64,000 bases of DNA from assembly GCF_964355755.1 (NCBI RefSeq), contig NC_092671.1, positions 18,104,001-18,168,000 on the forward strand, in the 5' to 3' direction. A program made the translations under genes and the position numbers. Each line of letters starts with the position of its first letter. Positions within the stretch are counted from its first letter, which is position 1. This DNA is from Antedon mediterranea (Eukaryota; Animalia; Echinodermata). This document shows positions 13,396-27,254 of this stretch, in pieces. Under the pieces are notes generated by a model. That model made no database searches. It had not been told where the DNA came from and worked only from the letters and a program-made list of their open reading frames with translations.

Positions 13396-14560
13396 GAGTG
13401 TCTGCCATGATTTTTATGAAAAGTGAAATGCAGAAGCTTATATTTGTAAGAGTAAATGGTTGAATACCAACTTCTTTCTGTGTGTAGAAAGGTAAAACCC
13501 AACTTTTATTCTATGTATAGAATTTAAAAAAAAAACCAACCTATCCAGACATTTGTTAAATAAGAGTGCAGATACTGTATGTAATCTACCGTATTAGCCA
13601 TAGTTTGAATTATTTCAGTAATAAGTATATATTAGCAAGATTGGTGTACGAGCCAACATCAAATGCATATCGTTAAAAATTTTTCATATCAGTGCTTTTT
13701 TATTGTCAAAATGTGGATGTTACGCAGGGGCAATGCATATTTAAAAATGTTCTATATCATTTTAAAACGGGACAAACGTATCATATCTTGTTTCATTTTG
13801 TACATTTTTAATGATTTTATTTGAAAGCATGTTACAAATTGCTTTGAGTTTCCTTACTGAAAATCATCAAATTTGTTGATAGTCGTGGTGGGAAGAAAAA
13901 GCAATAGTTACCTAAGCAACAAATAATCTCGCTTCTCATTTTAGTTTAATTCATCATGTTTGTTTAATTTTCCTTTAAATAATTTAATTGTTTTTGTCTT
14001 TTTTTTTGTCAATGTTTACCAATGTAATTTATTTATTTTTTACTAACTATTAAACTTTAATTATTTGTAGTTATTAGTTGATATTTGGCTTAGTCTACCT
14101 TGATTTTGAATAATAATAATAAATTCTGTTACAGAGAACAATGCACATCTTTGATGTATATGTGCAGGAATTATTGCTTCTGTAATTTTGTACAGTTTTT
14201 TTTAAATAAAAAAATTTGTTATTAGATGTTGCATAGTTGTACAGTAAGTGTTAGCTATCATATAATATAATACATGTAAAATCTGATAATGTAGGTAGTA
14301 AGCGTCAATTGTAACTTATTTATAATTTCTCAATAATGTAAATCTGTATTCTCGTTGCTGTTCTTGTATACAGTGTACAACCATTGATCTTATAAATCAG
14401 TCATCTCTTTCTGTCATTCGAGATATAGCCTGTATGGGATCAATATCTCTCTACAATATGATTTTTTCTTTATTCCTCTATTGTTTTTTTTAACTATGTA
14501 AGAAATTTGAGTGCTTTATGTAACGTTATGCTATAATTGAATAAATTGCCTTTTGCTTTG
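13396..14560 (+). other. CTNNB1: probable beta-catenin 3' UTR with alternative AATAAA signals (14118, 14205, 14540)
   Basis: U-rich sequence after the stop; the last AATAAA is followed by a T-rich tract; the end point is inferred. Confidence 0.5.
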
Positions 14561-15570
14561 TAGGAAAACCCAATCTGTTTGATTTTTTTTATTTATTTCA
14601 GTTTTATTTGTATTGTTTACAATAACCAGTGACGATGACGATCATCATGATTTATAATAATATCAAGTTTTATTTTAACCGTTCATGAAATCATAGAAAT
14701 ATATACAGTTGACGAAACATAATGAGAGCAATCATTCCCAAAACAGATTTACCAAAACAAGCAGCTATTATAAAATTATCCAGCAGGCAACATTGATGTC
14801 GCCCTCTGTCGCCGTCAAAGTTTTCCCATCAATAAAAAGTGTTTGTGTTGTTGCATGCTGTTTTACATTTTTCATTTGTTTGTTTAGAAATGTGAGTAAC
14901 TTTCTAGTTATCCTGTCTTTTAGTTTAGAGCATTGCAAACAAATACTACTACTAGTAGGGCCAAAAATGCCTAGCCTAGTAGGCCAATCATCAGCCTGCG
15001 CAATTTTGGTAAAAACGTGTTAGGAGGTGGGCCTGCCTGGATGAATGGGTTGGATGGAGGAGTAACAATGTAGAGCCTGTGCTAATATGAATGATGTCTA
15101 GGCCTAGGCCTCCTAGCGTCTAGGCCTGAGTGAGGAAACTATGGATAGGCTTAAAGTTGTTATCACATACTAGGACTAGACATGATTTCAATGTAGTAAT
15201 ATAATAGATAGGATAGTAGTACATACTAGCCTAGACCTAGCTAGCCTATAGTTAGTATTATTTATTATATAACACCTAACTAAATTCCTGTCATTTGAAC
15301 GCATGTGGGTCACATGGCAGGCACTATTTTCGATCATTTATAATTTAGTATGAAAAAAACAATCTTTTCGCGTTTGAAAAACATTTTTTTTATACTATTG
15401 CTTTTGAAATACAAAAGCGCCACCTATTTTGTACTTTCGCCATGATTTGAATGTTATGATTGGTTTTTAGCGATGGAAGTACATTTCTGGAGAGATATAT
15501 GTACTAATTTTGAATAAAAAGGCATTTAAATTAGCTTTAGATCGTTTGTAGGATTTTGATTAATTAATCG

Positions 15571-15898
15571 GTCACGACAGTAGGTGGCGCTGCATGGTTG
15601 GTAGCCAACCAAAAAATGCGTTCAACCTGCATAAGTTTACTACAAGAACACCAATGGTTTGGAATAGGCTTATTGAAGTAGTCATTTAAAAACTTACTAA
15701 TTTTCAATAAAACAAACTAAATATTTGTTTTTAATAATCTATTTATTCTTCAACTACAGTTTAAGTCTAAAAAAATCAATCTAAGAAGATACATAATTTG
15801 ATAGAAATACAGATATCTATAGTTTATCAACATTTAGTAGCGTTGAACGCATTTTTGGTTGGGCTAGCAACCATGCAGTGCCATCTATCGTTGTGACG
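15571..15898. repeat. about 55-bp inverted repeat pair (MITE-like or foldback) with AT-rich spacer
   Basis: 15571-15626 matches the reverse complement of 15842-15898. Confidence 0.75.
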
Positions 15899-16142
15899 TT
15901 ACACCGCAGAACTTTATACAAGACGTGGAAACCATAATTAGCCTAGATGAGTTCCAATTGTCTGTCGAAATTTTGCCTTTCAGCCAAGCTAGGCCTAGCC
16001 TAGGCGTTTTAGCCTTGCTAGGCCTAGGTAGGATTGTTTGGTCGTTTGTTGACATAATTAACACTAAAGTAGGTGTGTTTATAAAATCCATATAAATATA
16101 ACATTAAAATATAATATTAAAAACCAAATGTTACTGTTTTAA

Positions 16143-16647
16143 AGGTAGTAACAAAGTGCGAGGCAGGGAAGGCAAGCGAGGCAAGTCAGAAATTTATGCG
16201 AGGCATCGTTTTACCATCATCAAAAAATGTGAGGCATCATTTTATCATTTCCCAAAATTGCGAGGCAGGAAATCACCGAAATTGAAGTAGCCTAGGCTAG
16301 GCCCGTTAGTTCCCTTTTGCACCTGCTTTGTATTTTAACTCGAAATTTGTTAACCAACTTTATCCTGAATACCACGCCTTAGAATTAGTAGGCCTACTTT
16401 AATGAAGAATACCGCATTATTTGGTGAAAATCACGTACAATTTCAATAGATTTTGTCACTGTCACTTGTCAGTAAAGAAAAATGTTACTGTTGATACTGT
16501 ACATGGTTTTGTTAATAAAATAGAAAAATTCATCATAATATCCTTTAGTAGGATGTCTTAGGTCTAGGCTAGGTAGTGATGTTGATTTAGGATCGATTAT
16601 CATTCTTTGAAAACAGAACAGTATCAGCAGTAACATATTACAGCATT
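16143..16647 (-). mobile_element. truncated copy of the right arm of the Mutator/foldback-like element at 32971-35022
   Basis: ggtagtaacaaagtgcgaggca... matches the reverse complement of about 34380-35022, with an internal deletion. Confidence 0.85.
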
Positions 16648-17269
16648 AATAGCTTACTAACTTGCTGGCCTTCTTCTAGCTAGGCATTGGCAAGTCTAGA
16701 ATCAAGTATACTGTATGGTACTGAGACTCATTCATGATTAATATAATACTGGAGCTTGAAAATTATTGCTTTAATTTAAAGATTAATTTATTTCAAACTT
16801 TTGATACACAGTAATCATCATGACAAATGAAAAAACAATAAATTCATTTCCAAAAAATTAGTCAACAAAATGAATATATTGTTGATCTACATTTTTCGTG
16901 TCAAAATTTTGTGGAAATAACTATTTTAATTTGTTTCAGAAGAGTCTTTTCTACTGTTTCTATGGCCCACTGCACGTTCCTAATATTTGAACTGAAATAT
17001 GTTGACACACTGTAAACTGAACTGAACATTTGATTATCCGATTTCATCCAAGCAATACGATGTCATTTTCAATTTCTTTAATATCTCCAAGAAGAGTCAG
17101 TGGCATAGAATGTGTTTATAGTAAATACATTAATCTGGGGCAAATACAAGGTTTGATAGTTGTCTTAGGGGTGAGGATGCATTATTCCAGCTGTACATCC
17201 TCCCCATCAATTTTGAGAATAAAATAAAATAAATTTTTCCTTAACAAATAACATTTACGTTAGTGTATA

Positions 17270-17380
17270 TAAAGTGTGGCATTCCCAAATAATGGTAGTG
17301 ATATGATGTCATCATATCATACATGATATGGGCACATCACATGTTTTTGTCACATCAAGTTTGATAGTGTAGATAGAGCT
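17270..17380. mobile_element. partial copy of the small Harbinger-like MITE
   Basis: right terminus agtttgatagtgtagatagagct plus the family core. Confidence 0.65.
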
Positions 17381-17706
17381 TTTGACTAAAATTCCTGAGT
17401 TTTTCAAATGTGTTTTTTATGGTAAAAAAAAGGTTGGAAAAAGGTTTTTTTTGGGAAAGTTTTCAGAGAGTTGGCTATTTAGCGAGTCAATTATAAGACA
17501 ATTTGGAAGGCATTTGTGTTTGATATTGACTAATTCTTAAATGGAAAACAAGTTGATACTGATCCTATGGCTTTTGAAATACATTTTAATTATGATTAAA
17601 ACAAATTCTTTTTTGTAAACTTCATCTTGGAGCTAAAGATACACTAGTTTGATTTTTTTTCTATGAAATTATTATTATACAGTATTAATTATTAATGTAA
17701 TTATTT

Positions 17707-18081
17707 AACTAGAAAGCCACTTCGAGAGTGCATACCTCCGCCTACTGTAAATTTTTCAGATTTAGTCACTGTAAAGTGTGTGTCTTAATGCTGTGTGTGA
17801 TTTAGGCTAATTTCACTACAAGCATGTGTATGCGAGTTTGGTGTAAAGGTTATGTAACTGGCCTTTCAACTAACAATAGCTTCAGCCGACTATCAATAGA
17901 ACAGAAACGCGAACAAATTGGGATTGTGGTCTGGATTGCCTCCAAATTAATGGAGAGGTCCATGACCACATATCTATCTTTATTTTCATTTTGGGAAAGA
18001 TCTTGTAATTACTTTTTAAGTAATCCTGCAAACAAACAAACAAACACGATCGATTACATATACCTCCTTGGCGGAGGTAAA
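17707..18081. mobile_element. Helentron/HINE (DINE-1-like) non-autonomous rolling-circle element
   Basis: subterminal IR tacctccgcc (17733) / ggcggaggta (18070), terminal hairpin acctccttggcggaggt, (AAAC)n microsatellite, AT-rich ends without TSD. Confidence 0.7.
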
Positions 18082-18834
18082 TAATACAGTACATACCCAA
18101 AAGCTCTGCAATTTCTTACTATTTTACTTTTATCGTTTTGATTTTAGCATTTTGCTTATTTTATTTGTATCCATTAAGATCCATCCACTAATACATACAA
18201 ACATCATTTTTGTCAGTAATTTGCCTTTTGATTTTAATACGTATACTTTCACCTCTTTACACACACTGAGGTGCATACCATACAAAATGTAGGTGTTTAC
18301 ACAAAGCATTCATGCATTTTACATTACCATAAATTAGTGGTATTTTTAAACTGGCCTTTATTGTGCATTAACTAAAACTTAATGAATACTGCGAGGGCGA
18401 AAATTGTTCATTAACGGCAACAAACAAAGATAACTTTCAGTCCAATTAAATAGCTTCCCATAGGGATTACATTGTAAATAAGATTATGATACAATTATAT
18501 ACAATGCCAATAGTCTTCTGAAACATTAAGCTCATCCTGATTTTTAACAGATTCTGCAAGGATATCTTGTCAATTTGATTAAAACACTCAGATTTAATCG
18601 TACTCTGGGATATAACCAAATTCCTGAATGCTGAGTACACTTACTTGTCAAGACAAATTAACCATTTTGAAAGGTCAAACTAATATATTTTGGGTATAAA
18701 AGTAAAGGGGTTTATTCCTGAGTTGGAAATTAATTTACAGGTATGTCCCACCCAAAAAAAATAAATAAATAAAGATTAATAGAATCCGACTTTGAATAGG
18801 CTATTCTGTAGTTAATCAAGTTATTAACGTACAG

Positions 18835-19037
18835 CATGGAGGTAAAATAGAAGGAGAGAGCTCGAATGTATGTAATCTGCTTAATCCAATTAACAGGATG
18901 TGCGATATGATATTTTCAAAGCCGAAGCCTTGTACCGACAGCCCGCGGCGGTAGCAGGAAGCCCTTTCTCACCAAGGTTAGCCGCCGCTCTAGTTCAGCC
19001 CTCTATCGTAGAGAAGGTCAGAGCATGCACCTCCATG
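18835..19037. mobile_element. 203-bp MITE with CATGGAGGT TIR and 7-bp TSD (P-element-like)
   Basis: CGTACAG|CATGGAGGT...ACCTCCATG|CGTACAG. Confidence 0.85.
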
Positions 19038-19761
19038 CGTACAGTATGTACAAACAAAAATGAACACATAATAGTTTCATTTTTAAAAAGACAACAGAAA
19101 CTTAAATTTCACCAATAACCCCATTGTATGACTATTTTTTTCCTTTAAATTATTATAAATAAATTAAATTGTTCCTGGTAAATATTTTGTGTTTTTATTT
19201 GTTAACTATTAATGTGACAATGACATTAAAATTGTATGTTCACCAAAAAAATCAATTAAAAAAAAAAAAGAAAAAAATATTGTATTATTTTTCAAGGGGA
19301 CAATATATCTTTAAAAAAAGAAAGTTGCTGTTCAATTCTTTAAAATAGAACTTTTTACATTGAAGTAAAAAATATTAAAAGATATCCATGGCAATAGGAG
19401 ATTAATTGTGACAGAGTGCCATTAATTCAGTTATTTTAAGAAAGTTTTAGGGACTAAAGTACTTAGTCGGGTTTTACATTTTAACATTTTATTTATATCT
19501 CAATCTGGGCTTACATTTAATGCATATTCAATACCTCTGTTTATATGCTGCATCAAAATGTCATTATTCAGCAAACCAAATTTACCGATGTTTGACCTTT
19601 TGTTTTCGGTGATGAATAATAAAATGATTATTATAGCTTTAAATAACTGTTTGTACTGTGTAACATAATGTACAAACAAATACTATAGATTATTTCATAT
19701 TTAGAGTATGCAATTATACATTTGTGTCAATGTAAAATCAGAGTGTGAAGTATTCCCTTAA

Positions 19762-20167
19762 AATGGACCTGAAATGGAATTTCGATTTTCAAGAAATTCA
19801 CACATGTTATTTAAATGTATCAAATTAACATAAACCCATACAAATAAAAACAAAATGTATAGTATTTTGAGTAAAAACGAAATTTTAAGATACCATGGTA
19901 AATTAGCGAAAATTACTCACGCCATTGCAATATTCTATTTCAACGGCCGTCGGAAGCCTCTATATTCACGACGTCACATACACACGATGATATCGAGAGC
20001 GTGTATGCCGCCCGATAGTCACCCGCGAATTTTTTTGATTTTCAAATGGGGCTTTCCCCAAAAGGGCCAATTTTTATTTTGTAACAATATACATTCTAGC
20101 AACACCTAATAGCCCCCAAAACATCATTCTAAAATGAAAAAAATCGAAAATCCATTTCAGGTCCATT
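19762..20167. mobile_element. TTAA-targeting MITE (Kolobok-like)
   Basis: TTAA|AATGGACCTGAAATGGA...TCCATTTCAGGTCCATT|TTAA. Confidence 0.85.
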
Positions 20168-20962
20168 TTAACCAGCAATTTCTGAACACCTCTCTGAGTT
20201 CCTACATAATAATAAACTGTTAACAATTACTATTTCAAGTTGTCTTGTCCCCCAAAAACATGAAAAATGAAGATTAAAGAAAATCAGATGTTGTAGTAAC
20301 AAAGTTAATCACTTCCGTAGAAAAAAACCTGAAAAAGTAATGACAAAATAAATGGTTAAATTCAACCAAAAACCCATTGGCTGGCAGCCAATTTGATTAT
20401 TTTTTGCTTTAAATTACAGTTTATTCAGGTAACTAATTTTTTTCCGTTCCAATTTTTGGTCAAAGTGACATTAAAATGGAATATTCAACAAAAAAATGTG
20501 GTAGTTCGTATTTATGTAGAATTTTAATCATTAGTACTTTACCTTGATGGATTTTATTCTGTATACAAAATTTACAACAGTTTGAAAATGTTTAATACAA
20601 GGCAACTTTCAAAGTCAGGTAGATGACTATTGTGTTTATAATGTAGCATAGGTATTAAAAAAAATATTGGGCATCATTAAAATTAAAATACCAATAGTGC
20701 AGCTATCAAGAAAACCAATTTATAATGAATCAAAATAATTCAACATATTAGTATATAATTGCACAATGAATTGAATCGTTATTTGATAAGTTGCAATCAT
20801 TACATGAATACCGTAATGAATTGCTTTATTAATATCAAATATATATCATTTATTTAAATGAAAATATAAGTGTGCTGTATGTATTAAAAAATGAATATGG
20901 AAAGTACAATACAATAGGCCGGCCGTTATTGTAGTATACTTTTAAGATCTATATACTATGTA

Positions 20963-21137
20963 CAGGGAATAATTTCGCCAGTGTAGCATAGCAAAAAGCT
21001 ATACAAAACAACCTTTTTGCTACACATTTCTACAATTGTGTAGCAAAAAATACAATACAAAACTATGTTTCTTGACTAAAAAATCAGTTTGATTAGCAAT
21101 TTTGCTAAACAAAATCTTCAAATGAAATTTTTCCCTG
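20963..21137. mobile_element. CAGGG-ended MITE with 5-bp TSD
   Basis: ATGTA|CAGGGAATAATTTC...GAAATTTTTCCCTG|ATGTA; internal tagcaaaa/ttttgcta repeats. Confidence 0.75.
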
Positions 21138-22688
21138 ATGTATGCTATAATTATAGTACAAAAGAGTGGTCTGCCAATACTGTATGAATTATTGATCACT
21201 GTTATTGTTTATACTGTGTTTAGAAGAAAAATTGTTATTAATATTATTAATAGTACTATCGTCATATACAATTTAAAAGGAAAACCACAAATTTCCTGAT
21301 TTGTCCCATGAACAAAAGACCGTTTTCTATTATGATAATCCCTCACTTCAAAATGGTTTATCCCAACATTCAAATAGTTATCCTTCATTCCATTAGTAAA
21401 TGACAGAACGGAGGAATGCTCATTTACACAGTGGGATGAAAACATCTATAAGTTTTCAGCATTTGTACTGATGTGTATTTAATCTATGCTCTCTACGATT
21501 TTCAGCATTTTCACCTTTTTAGATTATTTCTGCCGTATCTGCAATTCTAGGTCCAATATCGTGAGTTACCACACTTTTGTTAACATTGCATTCACAATAT
21601 TCATGTTTCAAGTAAATCATATTTATTAATGTTAATTGTTATTAATATTTTGCATGTTGTAGCGAGTCAATTTCTATTTTAAATTGTATTGGATAAACGA
21701 CATTATAGATTTTTTTGTCTTGAAATTATAAAAATTACATATTTATTTTAAAATATTTTGCATACAAAAACGTTTTATATTATAAAGATTGAATTAATTA
21801 CCATTTATTTATGCTAACTTGAGTGAGGGCAATAACAATGAATGGTATTTTTTAGTGTAAGAATAGTAGACTTATTAATTATTTTTTTTATACAGAAACA
21901 ACAGTGTTAAGTGAGAAGATCTTGTTTTACTTGTAATATTTGATAAACAGCCTAAAATGTGCTTAGAATTTGATCTTTGTTATTTTCACATCCTCCTCCC
22001 ATTCAATTTTGGAACCCTTAAAGTAAATACTTACAATATAAATTATATATACTTACAGTACTACATAATTTATTCTAATCATCAAGTGTTTTGAGGTGTA
22101 CATTAAATGGTGAATATTCTTATAATCTTCATTGTTTGAAATGTCACACATGACTACTGTAATATTAAATCCTCTCATTTCAAATGAGATGAGAAACTAA
22201 CTAACTCACTTTTTTTGCCTAAAAAGAGACCTACTGAAATGCTAGCTCTTTGGAGTTAAAATTTATACTCATGACGATAACCTACTTTTAAAATCCTTAT
22301 AAAATATATATTTCCACCATTCTTTACATATTTAATTTAAATAAAATTTATCGTTTAAAATGATTAATAAATGTTTAAAACCAGCTGTTGCATATGCAGC
22401 TTCAAGAATCCATCGAACGGGGATGAATTTCTAATTTACATTGGTAATTGGTCTTTATCTCTGGGGAATCAAGTCTTGGTGAAATGCAAGACTTTATACA
22501 TTGTATTAATCTAATGAATGTAAAAATGTGATTCCCCATGCAGTTCTATGATGCGCTTGTTCAGTAAACAAAAGCTATCGGTAACACCACATCTCATTCA
22601 AGCACTTAAAGTTGCTGTCTAATGTTATCCATTATGATCAGCTCATTTTACCAGAAAAGCTGAAGAACTTCGGGAAAACGCAGACTAA

Positions 22689-23350
22689 GACCCCATTTAC
22701 ACTTACGATTTAGGCCGGCCCTGGGTCGGCCCTGGGTCGGCAATTGATAAGTGTAAATACTCCAAAAAGTTAGGCCGGCCCTGGGCCGGACGCAGATCTG
22801 GGCCACCTCTCCAGGTAGGTTCAGGAGCGGCTTTTACGTTTGGGCCGGCTTACGCAGTGAACCGTGAACAACGTTTGACCTTTTTATGAGGTTGTTGTTA
22901 TGACGATCCGACATTCTCAGTACATCATACCTTCCTCCTTTTCGGGCGACAATTTGTTTCCTTCATCATTTATATAGTTAAATTTATTTTCAGACATCTT
23001 CTTTCAATAAAGTATTCCTCCGCTTGTTTCGCATACATAAAATACAGCCATATTATATATAAAACAGTGGTGTTCATTTTGTTTTTAATGGGACAAAAAA
23101 CAACAATACAGTATAAATATAAAACGGTCGGTTCGCGCGGAGAGTTGAATTGACGATCGAGTGAGAAAAATGTAAACAAACTGAACAAACTGTACTTCGT
23201 ATCCCAGCATGCAATGGTACTTCCGATAAAATTATTTACGACCAGTAATCTGCGTCGCTAGTGTAAACGCTCTGGGGCCGGCCTAAAAGGTAAATATTTG
23301 CAACCGGCCCAGGACCGGCCCTGGACCCAAACGTAAGTGTAAATGGGGTC
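22689..23350. mobile_element. PIF/Harbinger-like MITE
   Basis: TAA|GACCCCATTTACACTTACG...CGTAAGTGTAAATGGGGTC|TAA; perfect 19-bp TIR; GGCCGGCCCTGGG subterminal repeats. Confidence 0.92.
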
Positions 23351-25412
23351 TAAGGTTACGAATAGGGGGGTTCTACAACTAGCATAGCTACAGTACCCCT
23401 AGCAACCACTAACATCTAGTCATTGCCAGACGAAGACTTTTTGAAAACAAGTCGAAACTGTCAATTTTCATACAATTATGCATCCATGAATGGTTTAACG
23501 TAAAGAATTTTATAGTTAATACTACTGTAGTTAAGATAGTTAATATAAAAACCAGATGAAAACATTTTTCGAACATTATGAAGGAGAGGTATTTGTAATG
23601 ATAAGGTATATCAGACTAGCATGTGAGAGGTATGGGTTCAAGATCTGTCTGTGCCCAGATTACTTGTATCCTTAAGCCTGCCTGTCGACGACGTTGAGAG
23701 TTGCGGTAAATAACAATATGAATAGAATAGAAACAAAAGTTAAATTAAATGGCACAAAAAAAAACAAATTGAGAATAATAACTTAAACAAATATAAATGT
23801 TACCCTGGTATTTTTTAATCTGTTTATATTAAATGTAAACTTTTCGAAAGATGGCAATCAATCATTGTTTTAAAATTATGCTGGATAATACTTAATGTCA
23901 CAATACACATGCATCTTGTGAGGGATATCAATCAAGTATGAAGCAAATGTTACAACCCTTGTTTTACCATAGCAGTGACTGACCACTGATTTTCTCCTTA
24001 TACAGTATGTATAAAATGTGAACTTTGCTAAATTATTGAGTGATATGTCATGCCTAGCCATCTTCAATCCTTTATTAATGATTCATATAAAGGGAAGAGC
24101 AGCCCACTCAGACCAGGTCAATCAATCAAGGTCAATTTTAATCTAAAATATTTTTTTTTTTAATTTATGAAATATATTGTACTTACTGTATAACCCGGGG
24201 AGGTCACTTGTATATAAACCAAACGGGGGGTGCAGCAGCCACTTCAAGACATGAGGCACTTGCGCTACCTGTTTTACTGAAAAATACTACTATATTCAGT
24301 AGACACCCCTACCAAATGAACACTTTTTGTTCCCCAAAGGTGTCTTTAGAAGGGGGTATAGTAATAGTATTAAATTGATAATATTATTTGGTATTAAAAT
24401 ACAGTTATACATGCAGTATGATATACAGTAGATAGTTATAAATTGGTAAAAAAAAATATAATTATGTAATATTCTGAAATTTTGACTGATTTGGATTTAT
24501 ATCTGCAACTTTGAAATTAAATGTTTTTTTGTTCAATATAGTAATTTAAAATCTTGTTTAGGTGTAAAGAACATTGAAATGTCATTATTAATTATGTTTC
24601 TGTATAACAAAGTTATATTGCTTTAAATAATTATGATTTGTTTCAATTAATGTTACTGCAATCATTTGCCCTGAAATTGTTTATATTTTATTTCAGTGAA
24701 TGGAGTGACTAATTAACATACTTTCTTAGATTTCTTGATTTATGAATTTAACAAGAAATGTGGCATGTTTTATTATATATTTGTTTAGTGATTATCAATT
24801 TACAACTTACTTATAGCTTTTCTATTAACGTTTGTGCCATATATTTCATTTCTTAAGAAACTTCCATTAAGACTTCTGTAATACTTTAGTGGAACATACT
24901 TCTCTTCAACATTTTTCCATTGTAGTATTACATTTTTGGTACATTATTTCAATAAAAAAATGATTTGTATCAATTATGTGTTTGGTTTTTGATAGGAATC
25001 GGAAACATATGGTACAGTATGTCTTTTAGTAGGGTCACTCACCACAAGCTTAATTCTTACAATAGCATTAGTGTCAATCTAATGCATACTTTTCTAAAAA
25101 AAATTGACTATACAGTAATTGCGATATATTAATTTCCTGCTGTCAAATACAATGCCATAATTTGTTACAGAAATTTGTTTTTCCCCCAGGAGTACTGTTT
25201 ACAAAAGGATGGCATTCACCCCAGGATAGCATGCCAAGGTTTATTTATTAATTGCAAAGAAACTAACTAATCAAATATTATATATAATAATATACTAAAA
25301 ATAATTCTATAAAATTCTATAAAAGGGAACACTTTTGGGTACCCAAAAAAAAGTATCCCCTTAATTGGAGTGTCCACTGAATAGAAGCGTTACATCCCCT
25401 GGGATTGTAATA

Positions 25413-25522
25413 AAACAAGGCCATATACATGGCTGTAGTCGCGTGCTTAAATTTTAGTTAGTGTTTACCGACCGACTGACCAACCGACCGACATAGTGAC
25501 TAAGCTATAGAGTCGCTAAAAA
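25413..25522. mobile_element. short Helentron/HINE-like remnant
   Basis: aacaaggcc...agtcgcgtgc start, (CCGA)n microsatellite, tatagagtcgc...aaaaa end. Confidence 0.5.
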
Positions 25523-25803
25523 CTATATAAATACTTTGATTCATCAAATTTGTGTTTTTCACAGGCCGATTTAGACATATGGAGTAATCTATTTATTAAA
25601 CGCTTAGGAGTGATTGAGATACTGTATTATAATTTTTTGAATAGTTTTTTATAGGTTTGTTTAAGTTCATTGTTGTTTCACACAATACAATACAATACAA
25701 TAGAACAGTAACATAAATTAATAAATACAATTGTGTGAGGAGGACGCATTAAGCCAAGGCTTAAGTTTGGTCCTCCAGATAATTAATATATTTAATTATT
25801 TAA

Positions 25804-26429
25804 AGACCCCTTCCCTGCAATTTTGGACGTTTTTTGGAAAATAATACATATATATCACTTTAAAAACATTAAACCATGTCATTCCTTGTCTTAAATGTAC
25901 GTTTTATGGTAAATTATGATAAAAAGTGAGAAACAATGCACTACCTAAGTAGCTCGCGGCGATCGACCTCTCGTGGACGGTCTTAGGCCTAGCCTAGCTA
26001 GGCTTAGTTTTGTAGGCCTAGCTGGTAAACATCGGTAACGTACGAACATCGTACGCTAGCTATATACCTAGCCTGACGTTGTATAGTTGCTGCATTAATT
26101 GTCTTTCTATTTTTGCCAGACTCCGTTGATACAAATTGGGCAAAACCCGGTATTTTCGCTGAAAAGTTAGGAGTCTTCCATTTGTTTTGGCCTCACGATC
26201 GATCGAAAAGTGGGCGAATTACAGGTGAAAAACAAAAATATCAATCCGCGCGCAATGCATTTTGGGATTTATAGCGGGCCGCTATAATTATTAGAATCGA
26301 CTTGTTTTTCACATTTTTAACCGTTTAAAGACGAAAAAAGTTATCGCAATAGGACCATATAGTATTATTTTTACATTAAATGTAGTTTGTGATCTTAAAT
26401 TAGATCTAAAAAATGTAGGGAAGGGGGCT
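25804..26429. mobile_element. TTAA-targeting MITE (Kolobok-like), copy 1
   Basis: TTAA|AGACCCCTTCCCT...AGGGAAGGGGGCT|TTAA; near-identical inverted copy at 41308-41935. Confidence 0.92.
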
Positions 26430-26707
26430 TTAATTTAAGTGAGAGAACAAAAACAAACTTCTTTCTTTCGTCAAATTGACAAATAAAATTAAACAAAAAG
26501 GCACAAAAAAAAAAAAAAAAAAATAGTCTTAAGGCAATTGTGAATTACTAATGTTCTAAAAATAGTTTGAAATAAGTGTTTGTTTGTATTTTGTTTTAAA
26601 TGTATTTATGATGGTTATTGCTTTTAGATTGAGCGGTAAAGGTATAATATATATTATTGAAATAGGTTACAAAATCTGAACTACAAATAGTGAAAGAAAC
26701 AACTGAA

Positions 26708-27254
26708 AGATGTATTGTCCCTTTGACTAATTCCAAAAAAATAAAAAATAAAAGATTTCGAAAAAAGGTGGGTCATTTAGAAGTATCATAATAGTTATTA
26801 ACTATCACCAAAAATTTTTCGAAAAAAAAAAAATGTTAACTGAAATACAGACGTTTTTTGTTAAAAAAATAACTTTGACTTCCAGTCAAAGTTTTCAATC
26901 AAAACATATCCCATAATGAAACGCGCTTGTTTGGCTACTCTGTATGCATAATCATAAAACTTCCTCATGATCTGTGTGAAAATACCTTCTTAACCGTGAC
27001 AAGTTGTAAACAATCCTAATTTAGCACATGCATAATGTGTACGCATGGTTTGAAATCTTTGTTTACTTTCGCTCGTGACGATTTTCCAGATGAAATGTAA
27101 TCAAACTAATTTACCTGTTAATTACGTAAACTTGTTGTTTTTGGCTCAAATTTTCGACTTAAAGTGAATAACTTTAATATTACTTTGATATGGCCACTTT
27201 AAATTTAGAATATTTTGACCTTAATTTTTTTGTGTTTCAAGGGACAATACATCT
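26708..27254. mobile_element. TTAA-targeting MITE (Kolobok-like), second family
   Basis: TGAA|AGATGTATTGTCCCTT...AAGGGACAATACATCT|TTAA; a similar lone end at about 19290-19314. Confidence 0.8.
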
